NCBI GenBank assembly: GCA_963796105.1
Contig: CAWCKJ010000009.1
Coordinates: 32,001 to 96,000 of the forward strand
Source of the DNA: a candidate division FCPU426 bacterium
GTDB lineage: Bacteria > Oederibacteriota > Muellerivitia > Muellerivitales > Muellerivitaceae
Length of the DNA: 64,000 bases
Reading direction: 5' to 3'
The notes beneath the pieces are model-generated. The model was not told where the DNA came from, did not search any database, and saw nothing but the letters and a program-made list of their open reading frames with translations. Below are positions 11,270 through 22,450 of this stretch, in pieces. The translations under genes and the position numbers were made by a program. The first letter of the stretch is position 1; each line of letters starts with the position of its first letter.

Positions 11270-14200
11270 TTAATGCTCCACCAGGACCTTAATTGTCTGC
11301 TTGGCAATGATCTTCCCGGTAAGGTCCTTCTGTTCCACCTTGGCGATGTAGAGTCCACTTGAGATTCCAGCGGCGTTCCAGGTCACCCGGCTCGTTCCTC
11401 CAGCGCCTTTCAGCTCCGTCACCAGTTCCCCAGCCAGGTCATAGATCCTCACCGTCAGGTTCACGTTCGTGACAGATCCCTGGAATTCCACTTGGCTGAA
11501 TCCACCGGTTAAGGGGTTCGGATAAGCCCATACTTTCGGTACCGTCTGTTTCGCGTTGTTCAACACCATCACCGACGTCACGATCACCGTCTCCCCGCCT
11601 TTTCCATCGGTCGAGTGCACCTCGATGAAGTATTTCCCGTTGGGTACCACCACCCCGCTTGAGGCGTATCCTGTCCAGATGGCTGTCACCCCGTTATTTG
11701 TCGTAATAATCAGGTTCCCGTCCGTCGGCGATCCCGGCTCCAACACCGTCCCTGACAGCTTCACCCCCGTAATCACCGTCCCTTGAGGGTCCTCCACCAC
11801 GCTGTATAGCGTGTCTACGATCTCACCCGCCTCGTTGTAGATGTCGATCGTCACCTTTTCCAATGACCTGCTCACCACCACGTTCAATACCACGCTCTTG
11901 TCCACCCCGAAGGAGTCCACATTGTCCACCTTCACGTAATAGTCACCATTGGGCACGGGGTTCCCGTTCTGGTCCGTCCCGTTCCATACCGTGATCTGGG
12001 TGTTCTGGTCGTAGATTAATATCGGGTCATTGAGTCCATTAATCAGGTCCCCGTTCTTCAACTGCAGGTCCACCAAGGGCTGGGAATATTGAGTCACCAA
12101 GAGTGTCTTCACCAATTCTCCCGCCTCGTTATACACCCCGATCTTCACCGTGTAGCTCCCCGTCACCATCAATGTCGCGCAGGAACTTAAAGGCGATATT
12201 CCCGGATAGGTCAAGACCGCGCAGTTCACGATCGGTCCCGCCGGCGTGAAACTGTTAATCGACACCGTATAGGTGAGTTGGTAGTTCCCTGGAGTAAGAG
12301 TGGGTAATGTCCAGTTCATCATGGTCACCCCGCCTGATACGGTGGTCACGGCCGAGGTCCCGGCTGGGGAGACCCCAAAGGCCACGAAAGTGCAGTTGGG
12401 AGGAAGTTGGTCCTGCACCACTACCCCAGGGGCGTTGGCATTGGAGACATTCACATTCAAGGTATAGGTCACCATGTCCCCTGAGGAACCGGTTGATTCC
12501 GACTCCTGCTTTTGCAAGGTTAATGCCGCCGCGGGAGTGGGGGTAGGGGTGAAGGTCGCCGTGGGGGTAGGTGTCAGGGTATTGGTATTCGTGGGTGTAT
12601 TGGTGGCTGTAAGCGTATTCGTGGGAGTGGGGGTATTGGTAGGCGTCCTAGTCGGGGTTGGAGTCGGCGTATTGGTTGCAGTATTGGTGGCAGTCGGAGT
12701 GTTGGTATTGGTCGGGGTATTCGTGGCCGTATAGGTGTTGGTGGGGGTGGGAGTATTGGTAGCTGTATTGGTGTTAGTCGGGGTATTGGTATTGGTTGGC
12801 GTATTTGTGTTTGTCGGAGTGTTGGTGGCGGTATAGGTGTTGGTAGCGGTATTGGTATTCGTCGGCGTGGCGGTATCAGTCGGGGTATTGGTATTGGTAG
12901 GTGTATTGGATGTAGTCGAAGTGGGGGTATTGGTTGGGGTGTTGGTGGGAGTGTTGGTATTCGTCGATGTGGCGGTATCCGTAGGGGTATTGGTATTCGT
13001 GGGCGTATTGGTAGGTGTAGACGTGGGGGTATTGGTTGGAGTTGGGGTGGGTGTATATGTTTCCGTCGGGGTGGAAGTGTCTGTCGGAGTATAGGAATTC
13101 GTCGGGGTAAATAAGGGTGTATAAGTCCAAGTAGGGGTATCAGTGTAAGTATCTGTGTACGTGGATGTTGGAGTCTGCGTGGGCGTATTCGTAAAAGTTG
13201 GGGTCGGGGTGGTGGTGGGAGTATTGGTCGAGGTATTCGTCGGTGTTGAAGTGGGCGTGGCCGTTGGTGTGGGAGTAGGTGTCGTAGTTGGAGTACTCGT
13301 AGGTGTTGGGGAAGGTGTCAATGTCGGGGTGACCGTAAAGGTGTTTGTGGGAGATGTCGTCCCGGTTGAGGTATTCGTTGGGGTCGGGGTAACGGTTGGG
13401 GTGGAAGTAGGCGTAGGTGTGGGCGTGGTGGTCGGGGTGGGGGTTGGGGTATTGGTCGGAGTAGACGTAGGCGTATTCGTCGGTGTGGGGGTAGGCGTGG
13501 TTGTGGGAGTTGATGTGGGTGTTGGCGTCGGGGTCCTCGTCGGGGTATTGGTGGGTGTCGGCGTAGGAGTTGTCGTAGGCGTAGGAGTTGGCGTGTTGGT
13601 TGGTGTAGAAGTCGGGGTATTGGTAGGCGTCGGCGTGGGGGTCACAGTCGGAGTGGGCGTGGGAGTAGGGGTTGGGGTCTTAGTCGGTGTGATGGTGGGC
13701 GTATTCGTGGGCGGCTGAGTTCCTGTAGGAGTATTCGTCGGCGTTGGCGTGATGGTAGGGGTTGGAGTCATGGTAGGCGTCGGGGTGATCGTCGGGGTTG
13801 GGGTAGGCGTACGGGTCGGGGTAGAGGTGGGGGTATTGGTCGGGGTTGGAGTTGGGGTCGTGGTTGGTGTCGGAGTAGGTGTATTGGTCGGCGTTGGCGT
13901 CGGGGTTCTCGTGGGGGTCGGTGTAGGCGTTGTCGTTGGGGTAGGTGTGGGCGTATTCGTAGGTGTGGGTGTCGGTGTATTCGTCGGTGTAGGTGAAGGC
14001 GTCAGGGTCGGGGTGGGTGTGGGCGTATTGGTCGGCGTGGGTGTCGGTGTCCTTGTGGGAGTAGGTGTCGGCGTCGTGGTGGGAGTGGGCGTTGGCGTAT
14101 TGGTCGGTGTGGGCGTTGGGGTATTTGTGGGTGTTGGCGTGGGAGTCGTTGTCGGGGTTGGAGTCGGGGTAGGGGTTGGCGTCCTTGTGGGGGTATTGGT

Positions 14201-17149
14201 AGGCGTTGGTGTGGGTGTAATGGTGGGAGTATTGGTGGGTGTCGGCGTCGGGGTTTTGGTCGGGGTGATGGTAGGAGTATTCGTGGGCGACTGGGTCCCG
14301 GTTGGGGTATTTGTGGGTGTAGGGGTAATGGTCGGGGTCGGCGTGGGTGTGGGAGTAGGCGTAGTCGTTGGGGTATTGGTCGTGGTCGGCGTGGGCGTCC
14401 TGGTCGGGGTATTCGTGGGCGTCGGGGTAGGTGTGGTTGTCGGTGTTGGAGTAGGAGTGCGTGTGGGAGTTGGGGTTGGCGTGTTGGTTGGTGTTGGAGT
14501 AGGAGTTGTTGTTGGGGTGGGTGTCGGGGTATTGGTAGGGGTCGGCGTTGGAGTCCTCGTCGGAGTGGGCGTTGGGGTGGTTGTGGGTGTTGGTGTGGGC
14601 GTGTTGGTGGGTGTATTGGTAGGAGTCGGAGTGGGAGTGTTGGTCGGGGTTCGAGTCGGTGTTGGCGTTGGCGTGTTGGTAGGGGTCGGAGTGGGGGTAT
14701 TGGTCGGGGTGGGAGTGGGAGTGGTTGTCGGCGTCGGTGTAGGTGTCCTAGTCGGGGTCGGGGTGGGTGTGTTGGTAGGAGTTGGAGTCGGTGTCGTGGT
14801 CGGGGTTGGAGTAGGCGTGTTGGTGGGCGTAGGAGTTGGGGTTCTCGTAGGGGTTGGTGTCGGGGTCGTAGTGGGTGTAGGAGTAGGCGTATTGGTAGGG
14901 GTCGGGCTAGGAGTAGGGGTGGGCGTGGGGGTGGGTGTCCTGGTAGGTGTGGGCGTAGGAGTTACGGTTGGGGTTGGGGTAGGTGTGTTAGTGGGAGTCG
15001 GGGTGGGTGTTGTTGTGGGTGTGGGTGTCGGGGTACGTGTAGGAGTCGGTGTGGGTGAAGGCGTCGGGGTTGGTGTCGGGGTGTTAGTAGGGGTTGGAGT
15101 CCTGGTTGGCGTAGGGGTCGGGGAAACAGTTGGCGTGGGGGTTGGTGAGGGTGTGGGGGTTGGGGTATTTGTGGGGGTAGGTGTTGGAGTTCTGGTCGGG
15201 GTGTTAGTCGGCGTCGGAGTAGGTGTATTGGTTGGGGTCGGTGTGGGTGTTCGAGTAGGGGTTGGAGATGGCGTTGGGGTCGGCGTGGGGGTTGGCGTAT
15301 TAGTTGGAGTGTTTGTCGGGGTGGGTGTCGGCGTCCTCGTGGGTGTGGGGGTAGGTGAAGGCGTTGGTGTGGGAGTGGGAGTGTTGGTGGGTGTTGGAGT
15401 TGGGGTCCTAGTCGGGGTAGGGGTAGGAGTCGGGGTATTGGTGGGTGTGGGGGTTGGGGTCAGGCTCCTGGTTGGCGTTGGAGAAGGAGTGGGAGTTGGG
15501 GTATTGGTACGGGTAGGAGTCGGTGTATAAGTGAATGTTGGAGTATAAGTGTAAGTATATGTGTAAGTATATGTAAAGGTCGGGGTACTGCACTGTTGGG
15601 TGATGGCTACGGTACTAGTGGTCAATGGACAGCCGGAAATCAATTCGGAATAATCAGTAAATACTGAACAGTTGGCTGGTTGGCTATTGAATTGATAATT
15701 CAATTCCCAAGTTACGCATTGACTGGGTGCCAATCCAAAATAAACAATGGTTGGAGGAACACTGTTATTGCCGCCGGTAGGAGCCGCATAACTGACCCCG
15801 GCACCTGTCACATGAGTGTTTGCGTCATTCATGTTGCAACCGCTGGTATCGCCGCAAAAGCCCAATAAAGCCAGGTTTCCGCCGGCGTATCCCGTGGCTA
15901 CATCCGTAATGGTTACTGACGCTTGGGTAACAGTGCCACTATTGCAAACCGCGATATCGAAAGTAACACCGGTTCCTCCTTGGAAATTGGCCGGAAGGGT
16001 GTTCGCAAGCTTTTTCGATATCGTGAAGGGATTTACTCCGACAGTTACCGCACCTGGCACTCCCGTACCGGCGCTGCTGGTGACCGAGGCCGTGTTGGGA
16101 TAGTTGCCTGTACATGCAGACCCCACCTGCTCAACAACTTTCAAGGTCACCGGAGTCTGACAGGCAGTCAGGTTGCCGACGCTCCAGGTGAGAGTGCCCC
16201 CCGAGTAAGTCGCGGTTCCCTGCCCCGCCGTGGCGCTCGTGTAAGTGAAACAACTCGGCAATGGATCTGTGACTGTGACGTTGGTTTCCGCCGCGATGTT
16301 ATAAACACTCAAGTTCCGGAAAGTGATGTCACCCTGGTTCGCCTGAAAGCCGAAATCACCTGTAGAATAGGTATTCAGGTTGTTGTCCGTGACTGTCAAC
16401 TGCCAGCCCGGTTCCGCCGTGCCCGATTGCCATATTTTCGCTAAAAGCTGGTTGCCGCAAATGCGCACGCGGTAGGAAAACCAGGTGTTGCGCGAAATGC
16501 AGGGAACTGTGGCCTGGGTGGTGGTGGTGTTGTTCCCATCAGTAAAGGAAGTATTGGTACAAGAACTTCCTTGAACTGTGTCGTAGAAAAGCCTGCTGGT
16601 TCCATTACAAGTATCGCTCAACTGCCATTGGTCGGCCCGGAGCATGAAATATTGCTGGCAGTTGGCGTAGCGCGGTATAAAAACAGTGTCGTCATCGCCG
16701 GAGAGAGCTGAATCGGGAAGGCAAGACTCGTAGGTAAATTCAACATTCGGCCCAACTGACACGTTGGATATGATTTGGGGGTATTGGCTTACCGCCGCTG
16801 AGTTGTATGGCCCGTAATTAAGACCCGTGCATCCCCCGGTTTCAGCCCGGATTCCCCAGGAAGCTCCGGTCCAACCATAGGTCGCTCCACTGCTGGCTGT
16901 CCCTGCGTTGGTCCAGCCCGTTGGGACAGATCCGCTGGTTAAAGCATAGGAATCGACTAGGTCCGAGGCTGTGTCGCCTGGTTGCACCACAAGGGTGTAG
17001 GTGATGGGAGCGCAGGGTAAGTAAGAAGTATTGTCCGCGATCTTGGTAACCATGGCGGCGTTCGCAGGCAAGAAGGAACAAACGACTAATGCCAAAACTA
17101 TTAAAAAACTAAGAGACCGGCGAACGGTCAGGTTATCAATTTTTTTCAT
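11270..17149 (-). CDS. Giant secreted Pro/Thr-repeat protein (1959 aa), paralogue of 3281..10762
   Basis: Signal peptide (LPANA|A), DUF11 with an inserted ConA/DUF1080-like domain, and a ~1000-aa (X-T)n stalk. Its last ~420 aa are colinear with the neighbour. Confidence 0.85.
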   Translation of the reverse strand: MKKIDNLTVRRSLSFLIVLALVVCSFLPANAAMVTKIADNTSYLPCAPITYTLVVQPGDTASDLVDSYALTSGSVPTGWTNAGTASSGATYGWTGASWGIRAETGGCTGLNYGPYNSAAVSQYPQIISNVSVGPNVEFTYESCLPDSALSGDDDTVFIPRYANCQQYFMLRADQWQLSDTCNGTSRLFYDTVQGSSCTNTSFTDGNNTTTTQATVPCISRNTWFSYRVRICGNQLLAKIWQSGTAEPGWQLTVTDNNLNTYSTGDFGFQANQGDITFRNLSVYNIAAETNVTVTDPLPSCFTYTSATAGQGTATYSGGTLTWSVGNLTACQTPVTLKVVEQVGSACTGNYPNTASVTSSAGTGVPGAVTVGVNPFTISKKLANTLPANFQGGTGVTFDIAVCNSGTVTQASVTITDVATGYAGGNLALLGFCGDTSGCNMNDANTHVTGAGVSYAAPTGGNNSVPPTIVYFGLAPSQCVTWELNYQFNSQPANCSVFTDYSELISGCPLTTSTVAITQQCSTPTFTYTYTYTYTYTPTFTYTPTPTRTNTPTPTPSPTPTRSLTPTPTPTNTPTPTPTPTRTPTPTPTNTPTPTPTPSPTPTPTRTPTPTPTNTPTNTPTPTPTPTPSPTPTRTPTPTPTNTPTPTPTNTPTRTPTPTPTNTPTPTPSPTPTPTVSPTPTPTRTPTPTNTPTPTPTPSPTPTPTRTPTPTPTTTPTPTPTNTPTPTPTVTPTPTPTRTPTPTPTPTPSPTPTNTPTPTPTTTPTPTPTRTPTPTPTNTPTPTPTTTPTPTPTNTPTPTPTRTPTPTPTTTPTPTPTNTPTPTPTNTPTPTPTRTPTNTPTPTPTNTPTNTPTPTPTTTPTPTPTRTPTPTPTNTPTPTPTTTPTPTPTNTPTPTPTRTPTPTPTTTPTPTPTNTPTRTPTPTTTNTPTTTPTPTPTPTPTITPTPTNTPTGTQSPTNTPTITPTKTPTPTPTNTPTITPTPTPTNTPTRTPTPTPTPTPTTTPTPTPTNTPTPTPTNTPTPTPTTTPTPTPTRTPTPTPTNTPTPTPTLTPSPTPTNTPTPTPTNTPTPTPTTTPTPTPTRTPTPTPTNTPTPTPTTTPTPTPTNTPTSTPTRTPTPTPTITPTPTMTPTPTITPTPTNTPTGTQPPTNTPTITPTKTPTPTPTPTPTVTPTPTPTNTPTSTPTNTPTPTPTTTPTPTPTNTPTRTPTPTPTSTPTTTPTPTPTNTPTSTPTNTPTPTPTTTPTPTPTSTPTVTPTPTNTSTGTTSPTNTFTVTPTLTPSPTPTSTPTTTPTPTPTATPTSTPTNTSTNTPTTTPTPTFTNTPTQTPTSTYTDTYTDTPTWTYTPLFTPTNSYTPTDTSTPTETYTPTPTPTNTPTSTPTNTPTNTNTPTDTATSTNTNTPTNTPTNTPTSTTSNTPTNTNTPTDTATPTNTNTATNTYTATNTPTNTNTPTNTNTPTNTNTATNTPTPTNTYTATNTPTNTNTPTATNTATNTPTPTPTRTPTNTPTPTNTLTATNTPTNTNTLTPTPTATFTPTPTPAAALTLQKQESESTGSSGDMVTYTLNVNVSNANAPGVVVQDQLPPNCTFVAFGVSPAGTSAVTTVSGGVTMMNWTLPTLTPGNYQLTYTVSINSFTPAGPIVNCAVLTYPGISPLSSCATLMVTGSYTVKIGVYNEAGELVKTLLVTQYSQPLVDLQLKNGDLINGLNDPILIYDQNTQITVWNGTDQNGNPVPNGDYYVKVDNVDSFGVDKSVVLNVVVSRSLEKVTIDIYNEAGEIVDTLYSVVEDPQGTVITGVKLSGTVLEPGSPTDGNLIITTNNGVTAIWTGYASSGVVVPNGKYFIEVHSTDGKGGETVIVTSVMVLNNAKQTVPKVWAYPNPLTGGFSQVEFQGSVTNVNLTVRIYDLAGELVTELKGAGGTSRVTWNAAGISSGLYIAKVEQKDLTGKIIAKQTIKVLVEH
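12533..15589 (-). repeat. Low-complexity (X-T)n coding repeat
   Basis: PT/NT/RT/TT alternation visible in the translation. Confidence 0.95.
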
Positions 17150-17529
17150 ATTAAAATTCTAAATCCTAATTATTACTTACAAACTCGAACATCCATTACA
17201 AACGTTATGAGTAATTATCTCGCAAAAGATGGTTAATTTTATTATAAAACCTGCAAAAAACGTTCCACCTTCAGGTATTTTTTAGGGCCTAAAAACGTGA
17301 TATTTCAGCCAAATCATCCCGAAAAGATTGGAAATCCAGGAATCAATTCCAAAAATGTCAGTTTTTTTGTTTTTCTAGGGTTTATTTTGACTATCTATGG
17401 TTAATCCCCATGATACTTGGCGAGTGGGGTATTCTTAAAAGAAGTGCATTGATCCCTGAAAATTAGGAAAATGATTCACTCCGTTTTGTTTCCCAAAATC
17501 AAAAACGATAACTTCATCGGTAGGATCAA

Positions 17530-19572
17530 ATGCTGGAAACTGACCCTAAAATCCAAAAACGTAAAATATTCACCCTGACTCGGCTTCTGGTAATTTTAAT
17601 CTTGGCGGGAATTTCCATTTTAATCTGGACACTCCACCAACGCGCTGAGCGGGAAAAAATTGAGAACAGGCCCGACATTCTGGAACCCCTGGCTTTCCAG
17701 CCGCTACCCCTCGGGGCCATCAAGCCCAAAGGCTGGCTATTGGACCAGCTCCAGCTTCAGGCAAGCGGACTCTCGGGGCATCTGGACGAATTCTGGCCTG
17801 ATATCTCTCAGAGCGGCTGGATTGGGGGCAAGGGAGAAGGTTGGGAGCGAGGGCCCTATTGGCTGGACGGCGTTGTTCCCCTCGCGTTCTTGCTTGATGA
17901 CCCTAAGCTCAAAAAAAAAGTCACCCATTGGATGGACTATATCCTTAACCACCAGCTTCCCGACGGATGGCTGGGACCCGAACAAGGCGCTACCCCTTAC
18001 GGTTTCAAGCCCTACCAGAATCCAGTGCGCGACCCATGGCCGCAATTCGTCATTCTCAAGGCCATGTCCCAATACGAGGAAGCCACCGGCGACAAGAGAA
18101 TCATTCCGGCAATGCGGAAAGATCTCCAAAGCTTGAACACCCAACTGGACCAGAGAAAATTATTCGGTTGGAATTTCTTCAGGTGGCAGGACCTTTTGGT
18201 CAGTATCTACTGGCTTTACGACCGGACCGGAGAGTCCTGGCTTTTGGAACTGGCGAGGAAGACGGCCATCCAGGGTTATAATTGGCCTAAGCATTTCTCC
18301 GACTTGCCGGTCAAGGAAAAGACCAAGGAATGGAACATGGTGGCCCACGTGGTCAATAACGCCATGGGCCTTAAGGCCCCGGCCATCCTCTACCGCCTGA
18401 CGGGAGAAGACTTGTTCAAAAAGTCATCGCTGAAAGCCCTGCAGGAGCTGGATCGCTGGCACGGCGAACCCAACGGCCTTATGAGCGGCGATGAGTGCCT
18501 AGCGGGAAGGAGTCCCTCTCAAGGCACGGAATTATGCGCCATCGTGGAAACCATGTTCTCCCTGGAAACTGACCTGTCAATCCTTGGAAGCACCGTCTTC
18601 GCCGACCGTCTGGAAAAAATCGCCTTCAACGCCCTCCCTGCCGCCTTCACGAATGACTATTGGTGCCATCAATATGTGGAGCAATCTAACCAGGTCGTCT
18701 GTGCTTTTTTTAAGGAGCCTGTTTATTCCACAAACACCGGCGGCGCCAACATTTTCGGTTTGGAACCCCATTACGGTTGCTGCACCTCCAATATGCACCA
18801 GGGATGGCCCAAGCTGGTTTCCCATTTGTGGATGAAAACACCGGATGGGGGTTTAGCAGCCGTGGCCTACGCGCCAAGCTTGGTGGAGTACCAGTTTTCA
18901 GGCGTCCCCGTTCGAATTGAGCTGGAAACGAATTATCCCTTCAGCGAGGACCTGCTTTTTAAGGTTTCGGTTCCCAATGTTGTTGAATTCCCTCTCTATT
19001 TACGCGTGCCGGGTTGGGCGGAAGGGGCCACTTTAAAAATGCCTGATGGAAGCATTCAAACCCTCAAGGCTGGCTGTTACCAAAAAATATTGCGCGCCTG
19101 GGCTGGAAATCAAACTTTATCCCTACATTTGCCGATGAACTTCCGGTTGTATGGGGGCATGAATGATTCCGTAAGCGTGGAGAGGGGGCCTTTGGTATAC
19201 AGCCTGGGTCTCAAGGAAAACTGGGTAAAATTCCAGCCATTCAGGTTCCAACCCCGGAATAATCCTAAGAATGATTTCGCAGTCTTGCCCCAAAGTCCTT
19301 GGAATTACGGGCTGGTGCTTGACAAAAGCCATCTCGGCAAATCGCTGACATTTCAGGACAGCCCTCTTAAGGGAAATCCCTTTTCATCAGAAGGTACTCC
19401 AGAACATATCTTGGTGCAAGCCAAGCGTATTCCAAACTGGATGGATTCCCAAGGAGCGCCTTCCCCCCCTCCCCAAAGCCCTGTCAAGACTGACGTTTCC
19501 GCGGAGGGATTAACCCTTGTTCCATATGGATCCACCCGTTTGCGAGTCACCGAATTCCCGGTTTGTAAATAA
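17530..19572 (+). CDS. GH127/GH146 beta-L-arabinofuranosidase-like, N-terminally membrane anchored
   Basis: KPKGWL, WERGPYWLDG, HVVN, GDE, GTELC, LEKIAFNALP, YGCC, YLRVPGW and RGPLVY. TM helix at about aa 15-34. Confidence 0.88.
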   Translation: MLETDPKIQKRKIFTLTRLLVILILAGISILIWTLHQRAEREKIENRPDILEPLAFQPLPLGAIKPKGWLLDQLQLQASGLSGHLDEFWPDISQSGWIGGKGEGWERGPYWLDGVVPLAFLLDDPKLKKKVTHWMDYILNHQLPDGWLGPEQGATPYGFKPYQNPVRDPWPQFVILKAMSQYEEATGDKRIIPAMRKDLQSLNTQLDQRKLFGWNFFRWQDLLVSIYWLYDRTGESWLLELARKTAIQGYNWPKHFSDLPVKEKTKEWNMVAHVVNNAMGLKAPAILYRLTGEDLFKKSSLKALQELDRWHGEPNGLMSGDECLAGRSPSQGTELCAIVETMFSLETDLSILGSTVFADRLEKIAFNALPAAFTNDYWCHQYVEQSNQVVCAFFKEPVYSTNTGGANIFGLEPHYGCCTSNMHQGWPKLVSHLWMKTPDGGLAAVAYAPSLVEYQFSGVPVRIELETNYPFSEDLLFKVSVPNVVEFPLYLRVPGWAEGATLKMPDGSIQTLKAGCYQKILRAWAGNQTLSLHLPMNFRLYGGMNDSVSVERGPLVYSLGLKENWVKFQPFRFQPRNNPKNDFAVLPQSPWNYGLVLDKSHLGKSLTFQDSPLKGNPFSSEGTPEHILVQAKRIPNWMDSQGAPSPPPQSPVKTDVSAEGLTLVPYGSTRLRVTEFPVCK

Positions 19573-19636
19573 TGAATATTTGACACCCATGAATGCGAGA
19601 AGAAATATTTCCTGAACCACAGGCAGGAAAAAGCTT

Positions 19637-22438
19637 TTATTCCCTCGGACTTTGAAGCATGAAAAGATAATCCCTCAAGGCTTCCCGTTGTTTCTGGGAA
19701 TCCCCATGGAAATATTGCGTAATCGGCGAGGCACCCTGGGGCCAGAAACCAGGCATGCGGGTTCCCGGCATGAGGTCGTCCGGATTTTTCAGCCATTCCA
19801 CCACCCAATCCGGCTTTAAACGCATATGCACTTTCAACAAATCCGGCGCCGCAGAATTGAGATCCGGCGGAATCTTATTACCTAATACGTGGCACTTTTG
19901 GCACTGTAATTTGCCGAACAGGGCATGTGCCTGGGCCAAATCATTTCCCTTCAAGGGGGTCGTGGAATAATCCTTGAAAGGGAATACTTGGTCATCCCTT
20001 AGGTTGAAATAAGATATGACATTGCTGGTGTCCTCGTCATTCCAATGAAAGCTAGGCATGCGAATGTGAAGCCAAGGCCGGATGGCTTGAACATTCGTTA
20101 GAAAATCATGGAACCAGCCAATTTGAACCTTGGAACCTTCCTTGCGAAGGTTGGGGGGAGCCAGTGAAAAATCCAAACCCTCTTTCTCATATATTTGCCT
20201 GATCTTACCACCCTGGTCCTCGATCAGATGGCAACCCCTGCAATTGAACTTGGCGATAACCCGCCGCCCTTTTTCCAATAGGGGTCCATTTCCATGGATA
20301 CCCGCCATCATCTCATCGGGTATGTAGCTGTTGGTTAGTCCCAAGACCGCTGTTACGATCGCATCCCGGTCGGAATCCGAAAGGTAAAAGTTAGGCATCT
20401 TCAGCCGGTCTTGGAAAGCCTGAACCCGGATATCATAAAACTGGCGGGGATTGGAAAGCTTCGCGTTGATAAAAGCCTCGTGTGTATGAGGCAGATTAGT
20501 CAGGCCGAAATCAATCTGGCTAATCTGCTTGGAACCCCATTCGGACAATTCGGTTCCTATACCCTGGGCCGTCTCAAAACCCTGGATTATATGACAGCCG
20601 TAACAACCGTACTTAACCAGACTCTTCTGTCCCAAAAGCTTTTGCTTGTCCGCCTCAGCCATTGCTCTGACCTGGGATTGGGCGGCGGTCTGGCCCATTT
20701 GAATTTTCAAGTAATCCACCAGTAAAGCATCCCGCGCGGTCAGATCGGCTTTTGGGGATTCCAGTTGCTCGAAGTCAATATTTCTCTTTGAAGAGAGATA
20801 AGCGGTAAGATCGGAAGCCTCCTTGGCCGACAACCTCAGATTGGGCATGCGCGTATCGGGATCATAACGGCGGGGATCCTTGATCCAACTGTAGATCCAG
20901 GGAGATGAAAGTTTACTTCCCACGGATGAAAGGTCCGGAGCAAAATTCGCGTGGTAACTGGTGATGTCATCGATTCCGTGGCAGGCCGCGCAGCCCACCG
21001 TCTTGAAAAGTTTCTTACCTTCCACGGCATTGCCGGGAAGGGGCGATTCCATGGGGCGGTAGTCCCCCGAGTGGTCGTAAAGATAATCCACAATGGAAGT
21101 CATCTCGGCTTTGGTCTTGGCGAGACCTTCCTTGTCCTTATTGTTGTCTTGCTGGAAATAACTGGGCATCCGAGCCTCGGGATTGTAGGCGTGTGGATTC
21201 CAAACCCACTTCAGGACAAAATTTCTTTGAAGTTTTCCTTTGATCCTCAGCAGATTGGGCCCAGCTTTCGGCATGTTTTCGAGGTTCTTGACCTTGTGGC
21301 AACCCACGCAACCCCTTACCACCATGAGTTCCCTACCCTTATCCAACGTTGGGGCGAAGTTGACGTGTTGTTGAGTCCCATGGCACTTGAGACAGGAACC
21401 CTCGGTATACTTCAAGGGAAGCATGGGAACGGGCACACCCTCCGGTTCTTTCCAGCCGAATTTCTTTTTCCACTTAAGGGCCATTTCCTCGTTATTAGGA
21501 ACATGAGCGCAGGTATTGAAGTTGACGGCTTCCCCCACACCTCCATGGCAAACCGTACAACCGATCTTATCCAGAGGATGGGGGCTGGTGGCGCCTAGGT
21601 AGAGATCCAAATGGGGGTGGGTTCGGTACGGCTGGGGGGCGTCCTCAAAACCCTTTTGGTCGATTGCCAAGTGGCAGGTCGTACACCTGTCCACCCTCAT
21701 GGTACGGGCAAAGTAAAGATCCTCAGGCAGGTTCTTCAACACAATCTGGTTCACCTTCAGGGTTGGGGACATGAAATCTAAAAGCATCGCGTTCCGGAAT
21801 TGGAAGATAGAGTTGAAACTTAAATTCCGATACTTGGTTTTTAGGAGATTGAGTTTGGCCGTGAGTTTTTTGATCCGGTCAGAGAGGTCATCCCGCCGGC
21901 CGTTTATGGCAGATAATGCTTTCTCGGTCTCTCCCTGGGCCTGTCGAAGCTCAAAAAGCTTCTGGTTCATCCGGTTGGCGTCGTCGATAAGGCCGTTGAG
22001 TTTTTTCTCAAGACCCGGGTTTTCCCGGTGTTCCTTCAGGAAATGCTCGGTATAGTCATATTTAACCGCGTCGATCCGGGCTTTTCCAAGGAGATAATCG
22101 CCGTTCAGCTTGTAGATTTGAGCGTCCTTGAGCGCTATTTCCTTCTGGAAGTTTTCAATTTGGTCACCGTGAGATTTCAAATCATGGTTGGCTTCCTGCA
22201 AGTCAGCTTGTAATTGATTAACCTGGGTCCAGTCCACTTCCGAGTTCACCAGCGGGTACTGCTCCCGGATCTTGGCCCTTTGAAGTCGCATGAAACCGCG
22301 CTGGTAGGCTTTCCAGGGCTTGTTGTAGTCGAACCAGGCCATCAGGACCACGCAAACGAGCAAAGCCATGCTGGACCCAAGAAAAACCTTGGTCAAAGTA
22401 TGGACGTTGTAAACCCGTTCGTCCTTGATATCAGCCAA
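19637..22438 (-). CDS. Octaheme c-type cytochrome subunit of the Rieske/cyt b complex
   Basis: Eight CxxCH motifs (CTTCH, CTVCH, CLKCH, CVGCH, CAACH, CYGCH, CRGCH, CQKCH), an N-terminal TM and a coiled-coil. Confidence 0.92.
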   Translation of the reverse strand: MADIKDERVYNVHTLTKVFLGSSMALLVCVVLMAWFDYNKPWKAYQRGFMRLQRAKIREQYPLVNSEVDWTQVNQLQADLQEANHDLKSHGDQIENFQKEIALKDAQIYKLNGDYLLGKARIDAVKYDYTEHFLKEHRENPGLEKKLNGLIDDANRMNQKLFELRQAQGETEKALSAINGRRDDLSDRIKKLTAKLNLLKTKYRNLSFNSIFQFRNAMLLDFMSPTLKVNQIVLKNLPEDLYFARTMRVDRCTTCHLAIDQKGFEDAPQPYRTHPHLDLYLGATSPHPLDKIGCTVCHGGVGEAVNFNTCAHVPNNEEMALKWKKKFGWKEPEGVPVPMLPLKYTEGSCLKCHGTQQHVNFAPTLDKGRELMVVRGCVGCHKVKNLENMPKAGPNLLRIKGKLQRNFVLKWVWNPHAYNPEARMPSYFQQDNNKDKEGLAKTKAEMTSIVDYLYDHSGDYRPMESPLPGNAVEGKKLFKTVGCAACHGIDDITSYHANFAPDLSSVGSKLSSPWIYSWIKDPRRYDPDTRMPNLRLSAKEASDLTAYLSSKRNIDFEQLESPKADLTARDALLVDYLKIQMGQTAAQSQVRAMAEADKQKLLGQKSLVKYGCYGCHIIQGFETAQGIGTELSEWGSKQISQIDFGLTNLPHTHEAFINAKLSNPRQFYDIRVQAFQDRLKMPNFYLSDSDRDAIVTAVLGLTNSYIPDEMMAGIHGNGPLLEKGRRVIAKFNCRGCHLIEDQGGKIRQIYEKEGLDFSLAPPNLRKEGSKVQIGWFHDFLTNVQAIRPWLHIRMPSFHWNDEDTSNVISYFNLRDDQVFPFKDYSTTPLKGNDLAQAHALFGKLQCQKCHVLGNKIPPDLNSAAPDLLKVHMRLKPDWVVEWLKNPDDLMPGTRMPGFWPQGASPITQYFHGDSQKQREALRDYLFMLQSPRE

Positions 22439-22450
22439 TGAACTTTCCTT

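Noticed and set aside
4406..15530. Long plus-strand (VG)n and Arg/Gly-rich ORFs
   Set aside because: These are antisense or alternative-frame shadows of the Thr/Pro repeats, which rarely generate stop codons.
4541..15589. Ice-binding TxT arrays
   Set aside because: The very high Pro content is incompatible with beta-solenoid ice-binding surfaces; an extended linker is more likely.
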